Below, in pieces: positions 16,635 through 30,606 of a stretch of 64,000 nucleotides of DNA. A program made the position numbers and the translations under genes. The notes beneath the pieces are model-generated. The model did not search any database. It was not told the DNA's origin and worked only from the letters and a program-made list of their open reading frames with translations. Origin of the DNA: Macrostomum lignano (Eukaryota); NCBI GenBank assembly GCA_002269645.1, contig NIVC01000933.1:62001-126000 (forward strand). The letters run 5' to 3'. Numbering within the stretch: position 1 is the stretch's first letter; each line of letters starts with the position of its first letter.

Positions 16635-18911
16635 TTACAGCTCGGACTTTTTCCGATCGGTCTGACCAACGGTCAGACAGTTGCCAGTAAGCTGCTGCCC
16701 CTTGTTCCGGCAGAGAAAGTCTTCAAGCTTCTGTCGGCTTGTCGGGTGCTTTAGAAACTCTTCGTAAAGTTCCTCTTCACCAATTTCGCCTCGGAATTGG
16801 TGGCACAGGTTCCGCATTCTGAGGAAGGAAAATGTTAATTAAACTCATAGCTCAGCTATACTTGTAGTTCAATTTGCCGTATTCAGCAATTGATTTCCTA
16901 AGAGCGTCACGTGATCTTTCAAGATTATGAAGTTTACTGTGTTCGGCGACGTGAAATTTCGTCTTTGCGATTTCTACGTCAACATGCCTGACAATGAGAA
17001 AGTCAGACTTGATGTAAACCTGACCATGCAATGACCAAGTGTACGTACCTGACAATGAGAAAGTCAGACTTGATGTACACATGACCAAGTGTACATGCCT
17101 GACAATGAGAAAGTCAAACTTGATGTACACATGACCAAGTGTACATGCCTGACAATGAGAAAGTCAGACTTGATGTACAACCTGACCAAGTGTACATGCT
17201 TGACAATGAGAAAGTCAGACTTGATGTACAACCTGACCAATGACCAAGTGTACATGCCTGACAATGAGAAAGTCAGACTTGATGTACAACCTGACCAAGT
17301 GTACATGCTTGACAATGAGAAAGTCAGACTTGATGTACAACCTAACCAATGACCAAGTGTACATGCCTGACAATGAGAAAGTCAGACTTGATGTACACCT
17401 GACCAATGACCAAGTGTACATGCCTGACAATGAGAAAGTCAGACTTGATGTACAACCTGACCAAGTGTACATGCTTGACAATGAGAAAGTCAGACTTGAT
17501 GTACAACCTGACCAAGTGTACATGCCTGACAATGAGAAAATCAGACTTGATGTTCAACCTGACCAAGTGTACATGCCTGACAATGAGAAAATCAGACTTG
17601 ATGTACACCTGACCAATGACGATGTGTACATGCGTGACAATGAGAAATTCAGAGCCAATGTACACTAAAGGGCGCCAGCACAGGGGCGTCAGCACCCAAG
17701 AGGCGCCAGTCTGGATATGAAGATCGAACTCGTTAATCTTACCTGGCAGGCATTTTTCCACCACCCTGAATGATGCCAGGCTCGTCCTGTCTCAGATTCA
17801 GGCCTGGACCAACCATTCTCAGAGAGCCGCCTACCTCCTTTACAGCATAGCTGAAAGTCAACATTGTGAGTTAAGGAGTTTTTCATTTTGATACTTAAAA
17901 CAAACAAAAAATCAAAGTGTTTTCACTTATATGCAAACAGAAACTCACTCATCATTCTTGGCACTGCAAACTCCTTCAAAAGCGTCTAGTAAATCCGACT
18001 CTTTTACTCTGCCCTGTGATTTGGCCTTGTATTTTTCATATAGGTTGAAGAACTTTGTGTAGATCTGCAGGGTTGTTATGAGTGAGATGAATAAGGCAAT
18101 TGAATGAATTGAAAATTAATGACCTAATCAAATCAAAACTAGCAGTTAGAAGTATTTGTTATTAAAGCTAAAAGAATATATTGAAGCAATTAGGTTGAGT
18201 TAACATCAAACTGAGTATTCTTTATTTTAATTTAAGTATCTGACCTAGCATATCCTAAATCAACATCTATAATTTGTTTTGATTTGTTGTTGCTTATAAT
18301 TATGAGATAGGCCAGGTTTTATAAAGAGAATTAAGGTTAAAATATGAATTTATTTCTGACTAAGACTAATGTGGTTCTTCATACAAATAATATATTTTAT
18401 ATTAAAAATACATTTACAATATTACAATATGTAATCTCTAAGATCCTTAATTATACTATCTCTTTATCTTTATAAAATACTGATTTTAGCATGCTATAAT
18501 ATCAATAATTATTAGAATATATGGAAAATGTAAGAGGCAATATGATTTAAGCAAAAAACAAATTAAAATGTCTGTCTCAAATCATGATATAATTATAATA
18601 GATACTAATTTCGAGATAAAAAATTAAACAAGTAGTGACAGCATCAGACTGGGTCTTACTTGATAAGAAACGGCTATGCAGCCATCACATTTCAAAGACT
18701 GGGGAAAGAAAAGTGACTCCTGCTCTTCTTCTGACAGTTGCGGTGTCTTGAAAGAAAATTTCTTTAGTCCGGGTGGCACATTTGTTGGGTCCATTCCCTC
18801 TGGAAGCTCATCTGGACTGACGTCACTTTCTTCCATTTCACACATGACCATGGGTGCAAATAGGACTAAGCTTATCAGAATGACTTCAAAAGAAAAATTG
18901 ATAAGTTCCAT
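16635..18911 (-). CDS. MZB1: MZB1/pERp1-like ER-luminal saposin-fold (canopy-related) protein, 4 exons, 219 aa
   Basis: Exons 18660..18911, 17949..18064, 17743..17850, 16635..16818 total 660 nt (phases 0, 2, 2). Signal peptide; LKCDGCIAVSYQ; DAFEGVC; DYAVKEVGGSLRMVGPGL; GGGKMPARMRNLCHQFRGEIGEEELYE; EDFLC; C-terminal KSEL. These parallel recalled human MZB1 motifs LRCDACRAVAYQ, DYGVREV...LTGPGL, GGPWPTRLSRTC, GEDQIYE, EALLC and REEL. Confidence 0.85.
16975..17665. repeat. 51-bp minisatellite (CAAGTGTACATGCCTGACAATGAGAAAGTCAGACTTGATGTACAACCTGAC, some units with extra TGACCAA)
   Basis: Direct reading; inside MZB1-like intron 16819..17742. Confidence 0.95.
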
Positions 18912-19878
18912 TGTTAGAGACGTACGTTTCTTATAGCACGAAAAATTATGTGACTACGCAATAATTATCGAAAATACCAATACGCAGATTGGACTTAGGC
19001 TATTAAAGTTAATTTAATAGACAATTAAAATTACAAATTGAATCCCAATGAAGGGTCATTAGAGCTGGCAAAACGCTAGTGGACAGGCTTTAGTGTTGTG
19101 AAAATTTCATAAATAAATTAAAATAGAAACATTATTTTAAGCTCTTGAAACTTTGGGTTCATTATTGTAGCCTTCAGAAGGAAATAATACAATTGTTTTG
19201 TAAAACTTTGTTTTATATTTTAGGGAGATTAACAAATGAACCCGAGAAAGTATATGAATGTATATGAAAATCATGATATTATATGATATTTTAGCTCAGC
19301 TCAGCCTCAGAGTAAATATTTGCAGCCTTTGTTACCTTGATAATTTCAGCTTTAATACTTAGTCATCGAAGATTTTTTCAAAGTCTAATGAACAACCAAT
19401 ATCTTCGTAAAGAAAATACTACATTTGTGACTGTACATGCAATTTAACATATGTTTATTACTACTACGTACGATAGGCGATAGCTATTTATTAAATGTAG
19501 AGCCTACATGTAGATTCTGACGCCTTGACTTGTGCATTTGGTTGGGTTACTAGGTAACGGGTTTGTTGATAACGGGTCACAAGGTTGGAGGAACGAAAGC
19601 ATTAATTGGTAAATCCCCCATAGCTTTTACTGGGGGGGACAAGTTCCCCCCTCCCCCCCCCTGGTGGCGACGCCCCTGGTCCATCAACCAATTAATAGTT
19701 AAGGATGGTAGAAAATGCTTTACTACACTATCTACTACATATCCATGTACATATGTACGAGTACATGTACAGCTGTACACATGTACATGCACATGTAGCT
19801 ACAGAAAAAACTGCACTGTACATGCACATGAATAAAATAGGATATTTTGAATATTTGATATACACATAAACTAACTAT

Positions 19879-22800
19879 TGTAGCGTACGCACGGTATGCT
19901 AGCCCAACGTGTACGCCCGGGCGGTCTGATTGGCTGCAGAGCGGGGTGGGAACCGCCCACCCCAATTCTAGCTCTACGCTCATAAATATAGATGTGTGCC
20001 CAGCACGGCGAGAGTGTAAGAGTTTCGGCTACACAGCAAACACGGCCTCTGTCCCAGTTACTACAATGGCGTCGCAAGAACCGAACCCTTGAAATCATGA
20101 CTCAGCAAATCACACTCACGCCACCCGGCCCGTTTACAATCGATAGTGATTGCCACTCCACTGCATAGCGCTGGACTGCATGGACTCGTCGCTTCGCCAC
20201 GTACCTCAATGCAGCTGGAATTACTGACAAGGTCCAAGGGCAGCAGCTGCTGCTGTACGCCGCAGGAGAGGAGCTGCAGGCTGTTGTCGAAGAGAACGCG
20301 ATTGTCTCTGGAGAGGACCACAACAGCGTCGCGGAAAACATCCAGGCGTACTGGGACGGAAAAAAAAAACATTGTGTTCCTGCGTTTCAAGTTTGAGACC
20401 TGCAGACGACAGCAGCCTGGCGAGCCGATCGACCAGTGGTATCAGCGTCTGCGCAAGGCGGCGGAGCCGTGCGAGTTCGGGACCCTCATAGAGACTCGCT
20501 GATCCGGGACAAAATCGTCGCCTATTGCGAGTCCGAGAGACTTAGGAGAGACTTCTTGCAGACCAACAACATCTCCCTGGCGAGGGCGAAAGAAGCCGCG
20601 GAGCAGCAGACCACCGCTATGGAGAGCGACAGACCCGGAGAACCGCAGCAGCTCGCAGCAGTCAGAAGAGACTGACAGCCGCCAAGACCACAGGCACCGA
20701 CGCAGCGCGTATCCTGCGATCGCTGCGGCAGATCGGGGCACCCTACGTGCACCGCAGCGCAGGGCAAGAGCTGCAGAAAGTGCGGGAAGCCGGGCCACTT
20801 CGCACGAGCCTGCAGATCCAGGCAGGACGCCCCGCAGAGCGGCGCCAACGCCGTCGCAACGCTGCAAGGCGGGACCAGCTACCAGAAGGTGGACGACCCG
20901 GACTCCGGCGTATTCGAAGTCGACCAGGGTGAGCAGTCGGCCCACACAGTAGCCGAGATCAACGGCTCTAGACTCTCGGTGTTGATTGACAGCGGCGCGG
21001 CTCGAAATGTAATCAACCGGGCCCCGTTCGAGAGCCTGAGACAGCGGCCACCTGCAGACCACCTCGGACAGGCTGTTCGCGTACGGGTCGGACCAGCCGA
21101 TGCATCTGCTGGGCAAGGCGGCGATGGCTGTCCGCATTTTCGGTCGGCAGGCAGTCGCCACGTTCCAAGTTGTCGAAGGGAGAGCCATCACCATCATCGG
21201 CAGGCAGATAGCCACTCAGATGGACATCCTGCGTGTAGGACCACCACCGACTGCCGGCCAGCAGGTGCTGCAGGTCGCTGAAGCGGAGGCGGCGGTCGAC
21301 ACCCTCCTCAGCGGCACGAGATCCAGCGGAATACCTCAAGAACACGTAGAGTACATTGGCAGGGTACTGCGCAAGCACGCCAGCGTGCTCAGCGGCATTG
21401 ACTGCTTCACCGCGGGCCGCCTGTCGACATCCACCTCACCGACTGGCAGTGGGGCGCCGACCAGGCCAGAGCCTTTAAGCAGCTGAAGCGCAGCATCGCG
21501 GAGCCGACAACGCTAGCTTTCTACGACAAGCGGCTGAGCACGCAGCTGATCGTGGACGCGGGGCCGACCGGACTGGGCGCCATCCTGGCACAGGTGCAGC
21601 GCGACGGCAGCTCGAGGCCGGTCGCATACGCCAGCCGAACCCTATCCGACGTCGAGCGGCGATACTCGCAAACCGAGAAGGGGGCACTGGCCGTGAAGTT
21701 CGGCTGCCTGAAGTTCGAGTACTACCTGCATGGATCGCCCGAGTTCAGTGTGGTCTCCGATCACAAGCCGCTGACGGCCATGTTCGCGCCTGGGTCGCGG
21801 ACGCCTCCACGAGTCGAGCGAATGGCGCTGAGGATCCAGCACCTAGTGTTCAAGGTCGAGTATCAGCCGGGAGCCTCCAATGCTGCAGACGTGCTCAGCA
21901 GGCAACCCCTAAGCGCGCATGGTGGAAGTTTTGGCGAACAGCGGAGGGAGGCCTATATCAACGGGATGGCGCAGGCGGCTGTGCCGATGGCGCTGACGCT
22001 CAAGGACATCCGCAAGAGCTCTGCCAGCGACCCAGTCATCCGGGCGGCGATAGCGGCGACGCAAGGCGGCCGGTGGGATCGCTCGAACGCCGAGATACGT
22101 TCACTCCACGCGCTGCAGGGTCCTCCTTCGGCACCAGCGAATCGTTGTGCCAGCTGAGTTGCAGCAGCCAGATGCTCGAACTGGCGCACCAAGGACACCA
22201 GTGCTCACAGAAGACGATCGCGAGGCTCGCCATGAAGGTCTGGTGGCCGAGGATGGCAACTCAAGTGGAGTAATTCGTCAGTCGATGCCGCAGCTGCGCC
22301 GTCACGTCGCACACCAGCCGTCCGGGCGATGCCTCTGCAGCCGACGCCGATCCCCGCGGGCGCCTGGCTGTCGATCGGCGCCGATTTCGTGGGACCCATC
22401 AACAACAACATGCTGCTGGTGCTCGTGGACCGCTATTCGAGGTTCCCGGAGGTGCAGCTCATGCAGACGACGACGGCTGAGGCACTGTTTCCCCGCCTAC
22501 CTACGGGAGATGTTCGCTCGCTTCGGGATCCCGCAGGAGCTCGTGACAGACAATGGACCGCCCTTCTCGTCCAAGGAGTTCGGCCGGTTCCTGGCGAGCT
22601 ACGGGATCAAGCACCGCCTCATCATGCCCTACTAGCCAGCGGCCAACGGCATTACGGAGCGGCTGAACCGCTCCATCAACAAAGTCGTGCGCACAGCCAT
22701 CGAGGAGCGGCGGGCACGGACTACTTAAGTAAACGACAATTAAGTAGTCCGTGGCGGCGGGACTGGAAAGATGCTCTGGAAGAGTGGCTGCTGGCCTACA

Positions 22801-23631
22801 AGAACACGCCGCACACGGCTGCCGGGCGCGCACCAGCCGAGCTGCCGATGGGCCGGCGGCCAAACGACGTCATTCCCGCCGCCCGGCCGTCCCAGCGAGT
22901 CCGCATCAACGAGCAGCGGCTGAGAGACGCGGACGCCGGCGCCAAGGCGGCGATGAAGCAGCACGCAGACGCAAAAAGGCGACCACGGCGGCACGACGTC
23001 CAGGTCGGCGACTCGGTGCTACGACGGCGGGTCGGTGCCAGCAAGACGCAGACGCCGTTCGAGAGCGGTGCCTGGACGGTCCAGCGGGTGGCCGGCAACT
23101 CGCTGCTGCTACGCCGGGATGGCACAACCTGCTGGCGGCACTGCACGGCGGTCAAGGTCGTCAGCCCCGGCTTGGCCGACGCCGTCGCCCAGCCGCAAAC
23201 CACTGCACCGAGAGCTCCAGGCGAGGCCAACCGAGACCCACCCGCCTCCCCGGTGGCGCTGCGCCCGCACCCCCGCGCTGCTCGGGGCGGCGTGAAAATC
23301 TACAAGGACTGAATTTTGAATCCAGTGACTGAAATTAACTGACTCTTTCCTGAAATATGCGGACTAACGTTTTTTTAAATATTTTCGCTGTTGCATTCGA
23401 TTCAAGTCTTTTATTTCTTCAATGTTTAAATCTCCGTTTTTAATGCGCATCATCGGTGTTTCGAGTTTTGTATTTTCGAGTTTTGTATTTTCAAGTTACG
23501 TTTAAATCGATTTTAACCCCACCCCAATTCTAGCTCTACGCTCGTAAATATAGATGTGTGCCCAGCGCGGCGAGAGTGTAAGAGTTTCGGCTACACAGCA
23601 AACACGGCCTCTGTCCCATGCAGTTACTACA
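19879..23631 (+). mobile_element. Decayed Ty3/Gypsy LTR retrotransposon (Mag-like), RT domain deleted
   Basis: 5' LTR 19879..20065 (TGTAG...CTACA); 5'-truncated 3' LTR ~23518..23631; 5-bp TSD ACTAT (19874..19878, 23632..23636); PBS-like TGGCGTCGC at 20067. Gag double knuckle CDRCGRSGH..CRKCGKPGHFARAC; protease LIDSGA; RNase H IVDAGPTGLGAIL...YSQTEKGALA...SDHKPL; integrase AHQGH..WWP, ADFVGP, TDNGPPF, NGITERLNRS. Multiple frameshifts and stops. Confidence 0.93.
22715..22753. mobile_element. 39-bp TIR micro-element (hAT- or P-type) with 8-bp TSD, inserted in Gypsy integrase
   Basis: Perfect 14-bp TIRs CACGGACTACTTAA / TTAAGTAGTCCGTG around an 11-bp spacer; GCGGCGGG at 22707..22714 and 22754..22761. 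Removing it restores integrase ...IEERRDWKDALEEW. Confidence 0.85.
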
Positions 23632-23749
23632 ACTATAAGGTCTATAAACTAATAAAGTAAATCCATGTGTGGCTGTCACAAACAAACTGTCACCCCAAGG
23701 CTTGCTGATCCACATGCAGCCTCCTTTGTTGCACTGCCCAAAGCCTCTC

Positions 23750-24065
23750 CAGTCCCCCACAGCCTCCCTATCACCCCACAGTCTCACCAATTACACCACA
23801 GTCTCCCAGTCACTCCACAGTCCCTCTATCACCCCACAGCCTCCCCAGTTACCCCACAGTCCCCCTATCATCGAACAGCCTCTCCAATCACATAAAAGTC
23901 TCTCCAATAACCCCACAGCCAGCCCCCACAATCACCCACAGCCTCTCCAATCACCTCACAGCCTCCACATCACCCACAGCCTCTCCAATCACCTCACAGC
24001 CTCCACAACCACCCACAGCCTCCTCAATCACCCCGACAGTCGCCCCTAAGACCGCACAGCCTCCT
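23750..24065. repeat. Degenerate C/A-rich tandem repeat (CCACAGCCTC(T)CCAATCAC-like)
   Basis: Direct reading; irregular units of ~20 bp. Confidence 0.75.
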
Positions 24066-24741
24066 ATAGAATTTTGTACAGGACAGCACTAAACAACCCT
24101 TATGTATTTTTACATGCATCATTCAAACTTTCATTAATTCAACCAATGCAAGATGTTGCGCATGTATCCTTAAATGTATCCTTAAACGATAGTTTACGCG
24201 AGAATTTATTAGCTGAAAATTTCACAAGAATCATACTTTAAATATAAGCTACATTTAGTTATTACTATTTATACAAACTGGTCAGTTACACAACCAATTT
24301 ATTAACACACTGCAGTCCGATGAGTTTAATAGATTAAAACTCACACATTTCGCAAAAGTATAGCCACGTTAACACATGCTGTCAGCTCCTACTTATTGTA
24401 AGCGACCCACTTCCTGTGGCAACAAACACTTCTGGCCATTTCAAAGCGGCGTTCAGTGCCGAAGCAGGAAACTCTCATTTGCCTGTATTATTCACGTTGC
24501 AGCCAAAGTCAAAACCCACCACGCTTTCATTCTGCAATGCGGATTGGCTTGGAAGCAGGACACGAAAATTCTGTGAAGAGGTGGGCGGGCAGAAACGATT
24601 CACTTCAATCAAGTTGTCAAAGGTAGATAAGTATGAATATAAATTTACTAGCCGTAATTTAAACTTCATTCAAAGCCGTTCAGCAAATTGAGACTGTATT
24701 ATAGTTTTTGTTAAGCAATTCCAATTAGTAATTTACAAAAA

Positions 24742-25647
24742 ATGTCTGCCGAATTCCAAGTGGGTCTTCTTGGTTGCTTCAACGATTGCGGTAATAATCT
24801 TATTAACTATTTTACAAGTATGATTTCTTAGAAATAATCTCATTCAACTAAGCCATTCGGAAGAAGAAATCTATATACACAGAATGTTTTGTTTAATTGC
24901 ACACATTCACGTAGATTAAGACTGGGGGCTGCGATTGAGGTGGTTTAGCTGCAATGTACGCACTCGCGTTAATAGTTAATTGCTCGCGTAGATTTAGTCT
25001 AGGGCTGTGATTAAAGTGGTTGAACTGCAATGTACATACTCGGGCTAGTCAATTGTTCGCGTAGATTAAGACCATGGGGGACTTTGATTGAAGTGGTTTA
25101 GCTGCAATGTACGCAATCGCGCTAATAGTTAATTGCTCGCGTAGATTTAGTCCAGGGCTGTGATTGAAGTGGTTTAGCTGCAATTTACGCACTTGCGCTA
25201 GTCAATTGTTCGCGTAGATTAAGACCATGGGGGACTTTGATTGAAGTGGTTTAGCTGCAATGTACGCACTCGCGCTAGTCAATTGTTCGCGTAAAGTAAG
25301 GTCCGAAAGCTGGTTTGAACTGTCATGCACACTCGCACAGACCCGTTTTTTACTCGCTCATTGTAGGCCTTTGCGTCCTGACCTACTTTGTTCCTTGCTA
25401 TACTTTCGGCAAGAACGCGGAAGCCGTTGGGGAGAACTGCATCCTGTGCGGCTTCGGGATCTGCTGCGGTCTAAGCTTCATTCTGGGTCCGATCGTGCGC
25501 GGAAAAATTCGCGAGAAGCAAAATATTCCTGGCAGCTTCATCACTGACTATTGCATCTGGTTTTTCTGCGCATTCTGCGCCTTGGTGCAGGAGGCTCAGG
25601 AGGTAAAAAGCTTCGGCGGATACGGCATGGCTGTCGAGAGAGAGTAA
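24742..25647 (+). CDS. PLAC8/cornifelin-family cysteine-rich protein, paralogue A (109 aa)
   Basis: Exons 24742..24790 (MSAEFQVGLLGCFNDCG) and 25367..25647 (LCVLTYFVPCYTFGKNAE...RGKIREKQNIPGSFITDYCIWFFCAFCALVQEAQE); phase-1 GT-AG intron. Confidence 0.9.
24905..25295. repeat. ~75-bp tandem repeat with alternating A/B monomers (~153-bp dimer)
   Basis: Units starting GTAGATTAAGAC and GTAGATTTAGTC alternate as ABABA, inside the PLAC8-A intron. Confidence 0.85.
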
Positions 25648-25934
25648 AATTAAGCGGCAATCGTTTATAACTGCAACTAATAATATGACACACAGTTAAT
25701 ATTTCATTATTATGCTACTGTTTCTATAAAAGAAGTAGTGCAGGTTGTGTTTAAGCAAAAAATCTATAAAAATTTCACAAATAAACACATCTAATAATGA
25801 CACGAATCGATGCAAAAAAGCATTGAAACCGAGTTTCTCAATACTAATTAAATTACAGCGACTTTTTCAAATTGTGGCCATTGGGACAGCAGCGATACTC
25901 TAATTTGCGAATTATTGTACTCGGCGCCCGCCAA

Positions 25935-26220
25935 GAGACAAATGGGCCCCACCAAGAGACAGGGGCGCCCACCAAGACACAGGGGCGCCCACCGAGAGAC
26001 AGGGGCGCCCACCAAGAGACAGGGGCACCCACCAAGACACAGGGGCACCCAACAAGAGACAGGAGCACCCAACAAGAGACAGGAGCACCCAACAAAAGAC
26101 AGGGACGCCCACCAAGAGACAGGTTCCACCCACCAAGAAACAGGGACGCCCACCAAGACACAGGGGCGCCCACCAAGACACATGGGCGTCCACCAAGACA
26201 CAGGGGCACCCACCAAGACC
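25935..26220. repeat. ~20-bp minisatellite (GGGGCGCCCACCAAGAGACA)
   Basis: Direct reading. Confidence 0.9.
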
Positions 26221-26418
26221 CCATCCTGTCAGCACACAGGCAAGCCAGTCTCTGCCAAATACCCACCTTTATCTTGGCAAAGAGTCACTCTACGCTTTGG
26301 TTAAAGAATTTTGCTACATAATTAGAAGAGACATGAGTAACAGCAGCGGAGACGAAATTTAATTGTGTTGCTGACTGACTGTACACTAAATGTGCATTAG
26401 TAGCTGACTCCACTCCAG

Positions 26419-28041
<1,623 letters not shown>

Positions 28042-28316
28042 TGATATGTAGTTAAGCCCAGATCTCTGGTTAAGATCTCCATGCCCAGTTCAATGCTGGG
28101 CCAGCTCGATGGCACACGCCACCTCTTCATTACAGAAAGAAAGCAAAATTCTAAACGGGGCTTTCAGAGGCGGCCTGCATGCAGAGTCGCAGGGTTTGAG
28201 TCAGGTGAGTAAGGGACCTGACTGAGATTGTATAATATTCAAGCTCGGTTAGCCCAGGCGCTCAAAGCAGTTTAAAATTTCGACAGCCGTAAGTTTCTCG
28301 CATCTGTCTCGCAGAC

Positions 28317-29309
28317 ATGAATGTGCCGACAAAAGAGTTTCAGCACGGCCTGTGCGGCTGCCTGGATGACTGCTGTAAGCTCGCACATTTACCTGCAGAT
28401 TTCTAGACACATTAAGGTATCTAGATTGATGTCTAGATACAATTAGATATATAGATTGGTGTCTAGATGCACAATTAGATATATAGATCGGTGTCTAGAT
28501 GCACAATTAGATATATAGATTGGTGTCTAGATGCACAATTAGATATATAGATTGGTGTCTAGATGCACAATTAGATATATAGATTGGTGTCTAGATGCAC
28601 AATTAGATATATAGATTGGTGTCTAGATGCACAATTAGATATATAGATCGGTGTCTAGATGCACAATCAGATATATAGATCGGTGTCTAGATGCACAATT
28701 AGATATATAGATCGGTGTCTAGATGCACAATTAGATATATAGATTGGTGTCTAGATGCACAATTAGATATATAGATTGGTGTCTAGATGCACAATTAGAT
28801 ATATAGATTGGTGTCTAGATGCACAATTAGATATATAGATTGGTGTCTAGATGCACAATTAGATATATAGATTAGTTCTCTAGATAGATTCCCAATTACG
28901 AGTACAGGTAAATGCCTGGCTTTATGCCTAGTTGAATGTCTAGACATAGAGATAAATGCATGTAGATTTCTATTATTAGCTACATGTAGATCTAAAAACA
29001 TCCCTAAAGCAACCGCACCCCAATGCAGCCCTCTGCATCATCACCTATTTCTGCCCCTGCTACACCTTCGGCCGCAACGCTGAGGCTGTTGGCAGCAGCT
29101 GCTGCCTCTGTGGCGTCGGCCTCATTCTCGGCTTCGGCTGCATCATCGGGCCGATGATTCGCGGAAAAATTCGCGAGCGTCAGGGCATCGATGGCAGCTT
29201 CTGCAAGGACTGGTGCATCTGGCTCTTCTGCGGCTTCTGCGCTCTCGTGCAGGAGGCTCAGGAGGTCAAATCCTTCGCCATCAGGGCTCAAAGCATCGAG
29301 CGAGAATGA
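28317..29309 (+). CDS. PLAC8/cornifelin-family protein, paralogue B (112 aa)
   Basis: Exons 28317..28374 (MNVPTKEFQHGLCGCLDDC) and 29029..29309 (LCIITYFCPCYTFGRNAE...RGKIRERQGIDGSFCKDWCIWLFCGFCALVQEAQE). Same intron position and phase, and same 281-nt exon 2, as paralogue A. Confidence 0.9.
28420..28875. repeat. 32-bp minisatellite (TAGATGCACAATTAGATATATAGATTGGTGTC)
   Basis: Direct reading; inside the PLAC8-B intron. Confidence 0.95.
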
Positions 29310-30009
29310 GCGGACATTTAGTGAAAAAAACTCCCTGCTTCATTTTAATTGAAAAGTTTATATGAAATTTAAATTCGCGCCAAACTGATGATCTAGCTAG
29401 AGAACTTCCTTTCCTTAAGTTTGCGTTGCGCGAATTCAAACTATAAATCATTAATATGTTTACTGGGAAGCCTTTTATTAAGTGACCAACTTTATTTCAC
29501 CCATTACTGTACGTCTATTTTTTATAGCAAGTTCATGCATTATTATTAAAATAATAATTATTACAATATTATTTGTTAAAATACTGAGGATAGCGACTGT
29601 TTTAGGTTGAAATGTATAGTAATCAAAAGCGTGATTTTTAGCCTTTAGCCTTTAGAACGATATTGAAACGGTTCAATATCCAATTATTATTCTCAATTTA
29701 ATGATAAATGCTTGTTTAAAAAGCAACTGTTGTAGCTGTTCGTATTTCTTGAACTAAAAGTGTTTTGCCATCAGTAATGGACACATTATATAGGCTATAC
29801 CGTATTGCAAAAGTTTGTTTCATACCTGTCCTTGAGAGGCAAATAACACCATTTTTGATTCTATAATAATGCTTTTCAATTCTCAATCTTTTATCAGCTG
29901 ATTGTCAGGGGGGAAATTTAATGATCAATTATAGCTATATCAGTATCAATTAGGTCGACTACCTTTCGTTAAATTTGTGTCTATCAGTCAAATGATCCTA
30001 ATTAAATAC

Positions 30010-30345
30010 ACCCCACGCCAATACATCCATAAATGGTCTTACACCCGTGTCTATCAGGTTAATGATCCTAATTACACCCGTGTTTCTCAGGTGAATGGTC
30101 ATAATTACACCCGTGTCTATCAGGTGAATGGTCCTAATTAAAAACACCATGCCAATACATCCATAAATGGTCTTACACCTATGTCTATCAGGTGAATGGT
30201 CATAATTACACCCGTGTTTATCAGGTGAATGGTCATAATTACACCCGTGTCTATCAGGTGAATGGTCATAATTACACCCGTGTCTATCAGGTGAATGGTC
30301 ATAATTACACCCGCGTCTATCAGGTGAATGCTCATAATTACACCC
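30010..30345. repeat. 33-bp minisatellite (CAGGTGAATGGTCATAATTACACCCGTGTCTAT)
   Basis: Direct reading; ends degenerate. Confidence 0.88.
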
Positions 30346-30606
30346 GCACCTACATGTACATGAATCATGTGAAAGAACTTTAATTTAAACTGCGCTTAGC
30401 ACAGGAAAATGTAATTAAATCCAAAAACCTTTTGAACCGAGAAAAATAGAAAAGTTACCTTTGAACTACTTGACTGCACTAAACAACAAACGAGTGCAAT
30501 TGTTCATCTCAGCGGCCATTTTATCCCCAAATCCTCTTTAATTAGTGTCGTCAAAACCCCATTGGCTGAGATGCGACACCAGGACGCCAGGGCAAGAGTC
30601 TATAAA

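Noticed and set aside
20102-23295. Numerous overlapping sense and antisense ORFs in the Gypsy region
   Set aside because: By-products of GC-rich decayed gag-pol; no independent domain signatures.
28289-28314. GTAAGT...CGCAG 26-nt mini-intron in the PLAC8-B 5' UTR
   Set aside because: Too short for a credible spliceosomal intron; the donor at 28205 (110-nt intron) is more plausible.
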